Shown: in pieces, positions 60,734-64,000 of the stretch
Layout of the letters: each line of letters opens with the position of its first letter
How positions within the stretch are numbered: position 1 is the stretch's first letter
Assembly (NCBI GenBank): GCA_963663805.2
Contig: CAXXMR010000012.1
Location: forward strand, 288,001-352,000
Direction: 5' to 3'
From: Sedimentisphaerales bacterium
GTDB lineage: Bacteria > Planctomycetota > Phycisphaerae > Sedimentisphaerales > SM23-30
Length of the DNA stretch: 64,000 nucleotides
Program-made: the position numbers and the translations under genes
Notes under the pieces: generated by a model
Seen by the model: the letters and a program-made list of their open reading frames with translations, nothing else
Told to the model about the DNA's origin: nothing
Database searches by the model: none

Positions 60734-61483
60734 ATGACAGACTTATTCAGGAAATATCGCAACAATAAACTTCCCCGGTGGGCCTGGTCGGCGGCTTTGG
60801 TACTGCTGATCCTGGCAGGGGCGGGTTACCGGGTCGTTTCGGCCCGGCTGGGGATACTGGATGATACTCCGGTTTATTTGCCAGTGCCGCTGAGTGAGTT
60901 TCCGGCGGATTATCTCGGCTGGGAAGGACGGGATGTGGAGATGTCCTCGACTGTGCTTAAGGTGGCGGGCAATGATGACTATCTAAACCGGCTTTACGTA
61001 GATAAAAAGACTGGCCAATGGGCTAATGTTTACGTGGGCTATACCGCCCAGCCGCGAACTATGCTGGGCCATCGCCCGCAGGTCTGCTATCCGGCCGGGG
61101 GCTGGGTCCACGACGGAACGGAGGAAACAGAGGTGTATTCACGTTCGGGCCGCAAAGCTCCGGCCCTGCTGCACCGCTTCCATCGTCCGGCACCGGAAAA
61201 CACCGAAATGGTGGTCCTGAACTATTATATCCTGAATGGTAAGTTTACAAACGATGAGTCGGGCTTTTCGGCAGTGGGCTGGCGAACGCCCAACATCGAA
61301 GGCGACATCGCCCGCTACGTGGCTCAGGTGCAGATCAGCAGCGTCCTGGAGAATTCCGTGCGGATCATGGCCCATGACATTGCCGATGAGCTGATGGGAT
61401 ATTTCCCGGATGAAGATGGAATGGTTGCGGTTGCAGGGAAAGATGTAATTCATCCGGCACCATTGCCGGGAAATGAAGAATAA
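60734..61483 (+). CDS. EpsI-family exosortase-associated protein
   Basis: N-terminal TM helix, PLSEFP, WEGRD, DDYLNRLY and HRPQVCYPAGGW motifs. Confidence 0.8.
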   Translation: MTDLFRKYRNNKLPRWAWSAALVLLILAGAGYRVVSARLGILDDTPVYLPVPLSEFPADYLGWEGRDVEMSSTVLKVAGNDDYLNRLYVDKKTGQWANVYVGYTAQPRTMLGHRPQVCYPAGGWVHDGTEETEVYSRSGRKAPALLHRFHRPAPENTEMVVLNYYILNGKFTNDESGFSAVGWRTPNIEGDIARYVAQVQISSVLENSVRIMAHDIADELMGYFPDEDGMVAVAGKDVIHPAPLPGNEE

Positions 61484-61672
61484 GAAACCGGCAAGGCGAA
61501 TCTTTCTTGCCGTTCCTGCCGTTAAACACGGCGGAACCAAGGGCTTATATCAGAAAACCTGATGTCGTCCACGGGGACGGAGTGCGGAAACACCTCCCCA
61601 TAGTTGTTTATCCGCAATTTGGCTCCCAACGTCATTCACTGTCTTTATTAATGTTCCCACCGAGAATGAAAT

Positions 61673-62587
61673 ATGAACCTATCTAAACTGTACAGTAGAA
61701 TAATCAGGAAAATCATCAGGGTAACATTTCGATTCTGGGAACGGCTGGGCATTCATATTACCGCCGACCATTTTTATGAACCAGTCCCAAATACCCGCAA
61801 ACTGAGCGAGAAACTTTGGCAGAAGCATTCCGAACTGATTGGCGTCAATACCAATGAATCTCTACAATTGCATCTGTTGTCTGATTTTAAGGATTCATAT
61901 AAGAAAGAATATGATCTCTTGCCAAAAGAGAAAACAAACATTGAATCAAAATACTATATAAAAAATGGTCTTTACGAGTCTGTGGACGGCGAGATTCTTT
62001 ACTGCATGATACGCCATTTCAGGCCGCAGCAAATCATTGAAATAGGTTCAGGAAACTCTACCTGCCTGGCGGCTGAAACAATATTGGCCAACGAGAAATT
62101 GATACCGGGCTATAAGTGCAGTTTAACAGCTATAGAACCTTATCCAAATGAGACCATCCAGAAAGGCTTCGACGGACTAACCCAGGTTGTACCCGAACCG
62201 GTGCAGAATATTCCTTATTCTGCATTTGAACAATTAGGTGAAAACGACTTTTTACTGATAGATTCAAGTCATGTATTAAAAACGGGAAGTGATGTTCAAT
62301 ATGAGTATCTGGAAATACTGCCGAGACTTAGAAAAGGTGTTATTATATCTTTTCATGATATTTTTCTACCGGCGGAGTATCGCAAGAATTGGATATTGAA
62401 ACACCATAAATTCTGGAATGAACAATACCTTTTACAGGCTTTTTTGATTTTCAACGATGCTTTCGAAGTACTTTGGATGGGCAGCTATATGCACATAAAT
62501 CACCCTGATCTTCTTCAACAATCATTTAACTCCTATAACATAAACAGAGATTGGCCTGGGAGTTTCTGGATACGCAAGGTAAAATAA
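61673..62587 (+). CDS. Class I SAM-dependent methyltransferase (Methyltransf_24-like)
   Basis: IEIGSGNST, IDSSHV, FHDIFLP and WNEQYLLQAFL motifs. Confidence 0.88.
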   Translation: MNLSKLYSRIIRKIIRVTFRFWERLGIHITADHFYEPVPNTRKLSEKLWQKHSELIGVNTNESLQLHLLSDFKDSYKKEYDLLPKEKTNIESKYYIKNGLYESVDGEILYCMIRHFRPQQIIEIGSGNSTCLAAETILANEKLIPGYKCSLTAIEPYPNETIQKGFDGLTQVVPEPVQNIPYSAFEQLGENDFLLIDSSHVLKTGSDVQYEYLEILPRLRKGVIISFHDIFLPAEYRKNWILKHHKFWNEQYLLQAFLIFNDAFEVLWMGSYMHINHPDLLQQSFNSYNINRDWPGSFWIRKVK

Positions 62588-62590
62588 TAG

Positions 62591-63892
62591 TTGCACTTGT
62601 TTTTTAAGCAATTAGTTTCTTACTTGTCTGGTGATTCTCTCAAGGCCCGCTTCTTACGCGGCAGCGTCTGGCTGGCGGCCGGCAACATCATCGAGAAAAT
62701 ACTGGCTTTTGCTGGCAAGATCATCCTGGCCCGGCTGCTGATGCCGGAAGAACTGGGCGTGATCGTGCTGATCGCCAGTATCGCCGGGCTCTTTGAATGC
62801 CTGACTGAAGTAGGGGTCAAGCAGTGCATCATCCAGAACAAACAGGGCGACACCGCTGAGTTCCTCAATACCGCCTGGTGGTTCCAGGCGGTTCGGGGCT
62901 GTTCGCTCTTCATAATAGCCTGGTTTGTCTCGCCCTGGGTCTGTGAGTTTTATTTTGAGGGAAAGGAACAGGTGCTGTCCCGTTATGACTGGCCGACCCT
63001 CTTTCTCATGGTGCGGGTGGCGTTTTTGAGCGTGCTTTTTAACGGCTTTATCAGTCCGCGGGCGTACCTGCAGGAAAAGAAGTTCAACTTCGCCAAAGTC
63101 GTGGCCTATATGCAGAGTGCGGCCCTGACGGGTACAATCCTGACGATAGTTCTATCTTTTGTGTTGCGCAATGCCTGGGCCATGGTGCTGGGTTTTGTGT
63201 GTCAGGCGTTTTTGCGGATGGTGATGTCGTATGTCTTCTGTCCGTTTTGGCCCCACCTTAATATTCACAAGGAGAGCTTGCACAGCATCCTGAAATTCGC
63301 CCGGGGCATGTGGGGTTCACCATTCCTCGCCTATATTGCTTATCAGATTGACATCCTGGTTGGTGGCAAGATCGTCGGCCCCGAGTTGATCGGCATGTAC
63401 GGTTTTGTTTTGGCTCTGGCTTATATTCCCCGGGAACTATTTGCGCGAATTATAGCCCCCTTATTGGTACCAACGTTTGCAGAGAACCAAAATGACCATC
63501 AAAAACTTAAAAGAATAATCAGACGACTGACAGAACTATTGGCTTGTATCTCTATACCAGTAATAATAGCATGTTTCTTATTCCATCGAACATTCGTGAC
63601 AAGAATCTACGGAGAGAGTTTTGAACAAGTTTCACTGGTTTTCGCCTTCATGACTATCAATGTCACCCTAATGATCATTAGTATTATTTTCACTGGATTG
63701 ATTATCGCACTAAATAGACCAGAAATCAATCGCAACTGTACTTTCTTTAGAGCAGGAATTCTGGCTTGTTTAATAATACCAGTGGCAAGACATTATGGCT
63801 TAATGGGAATAACATTATTATCCACTTTATCAAACTTATGCATGGTTGTTCTACTTCATATACAAGCAAGAAAGATAATAAACTATACATAG
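62591..63892 (+). CDS. Wzx-type oligosaccharide flippase
   Basis: ILARLLMPEELG, NTAWW, many TM helices; lies in a polysaccharide locus. Confidence 0.88.
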   Translation: MHLFFKQLVSYLSGDSLKARFLRGSVWLAAGNIIEKILAFAGKIILARLLMPEELGVIVLIASIAGLFECLTEVGVKQCIIQNKQGDTAEFLNTAWWFQAVRGCSLFIIAWFVSPWVCEFYFEGKEQVLSRYDWPTLFLMVRVAFLSVLFNGFISPRAYLQEKKFNFAKVVAYMQSAALTGTILTIVLSFVLRNAWAMVLGFVCQAFLRMVMSYVFCPFWPHLNIHKESLHSILKFARGMWGSPFLAYIAYQIDILVGGKIVGPELIGMYGFVLALAYIPRELFARIIAPLLVPTFAENQNDHQKLKRIIRRLTELLACISIPVIIACFLFHRTFVTRIYGESFEQVSLVFAFMTINVTLMIISIIFTGLIIALNRPEINRNCTFFRAGILACLIIPVARHYGLMGITLLSTLSNLCMVVLLHIQARKIINYT

Positions 63893-63941
63893 AGTGACAT
63901 CCTAGCGTTCGTTATTAAAATTAATTAAGAGCTTTTCAGAA

Positions 63942-64000
63942 ATGGATCATTATTTTCAAAAAAACCCAAGTTATTACGCAGGCATTCGAGATGATTGGTT
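63942..64000 (+). CDS. Start of the next polysaccharide-locus ORF (partial)
   Basis: ATG at 63942, open to the window end (MDHYFQKNPSYYAGIRDDW). Confidence 0.45.
   Translation, partial: MDHYFQKNPSYYAGIRDDW

Overview
A 64-kb bacterial chromosomal segment. Gene content suggests Planctomycetota, probably Phycisphaerae/Sedimentisphaerales (inference from the zinc-ribbon SpoVG, membrane-anchored PilB-like protein, sulfatase, sialidase and dockerin-tailed secreted proteins). It opens inside an IS21 element (istA plus the start of istB). Housekeeping genes follow: folP, ppdK, hisF, a class B PBP, holA, ispE, truD, mtnP, lspA, a DksA-like gene, HU/IHF, csp, alaS, recA, katA, tRNA-Tyr and tRNA-Val. 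It also holds an MNT-HEPN pair with a truncated toxin, a pilT / pseudo-ATPase / CvpA-like cluster, and a five-gene operon (Tat oxidoreductase, 7-heme membrane cytochrome, lipoprotein, GT-C, ApbE). It ends in a low-GC polysaccharide locus. Five genes are broken by single-base indels in short homopolymers, most likely long-read assembly errors. No CRISPR array, rRNA or prophage is seen. The most unusual non-genic signal is two mirror-image operons that share a palindrome/promoter cassette and a REP-like repeat, each at the edge of a multi-kb strand-specific G/T-skew patch that ignores gene orientation. A recurrent 25-bp TAA-N19-TT(A/G) motif and a 21-bp tandem array are also present. All calls come from reading the sequence and supplied ORFs; no database searches were run.
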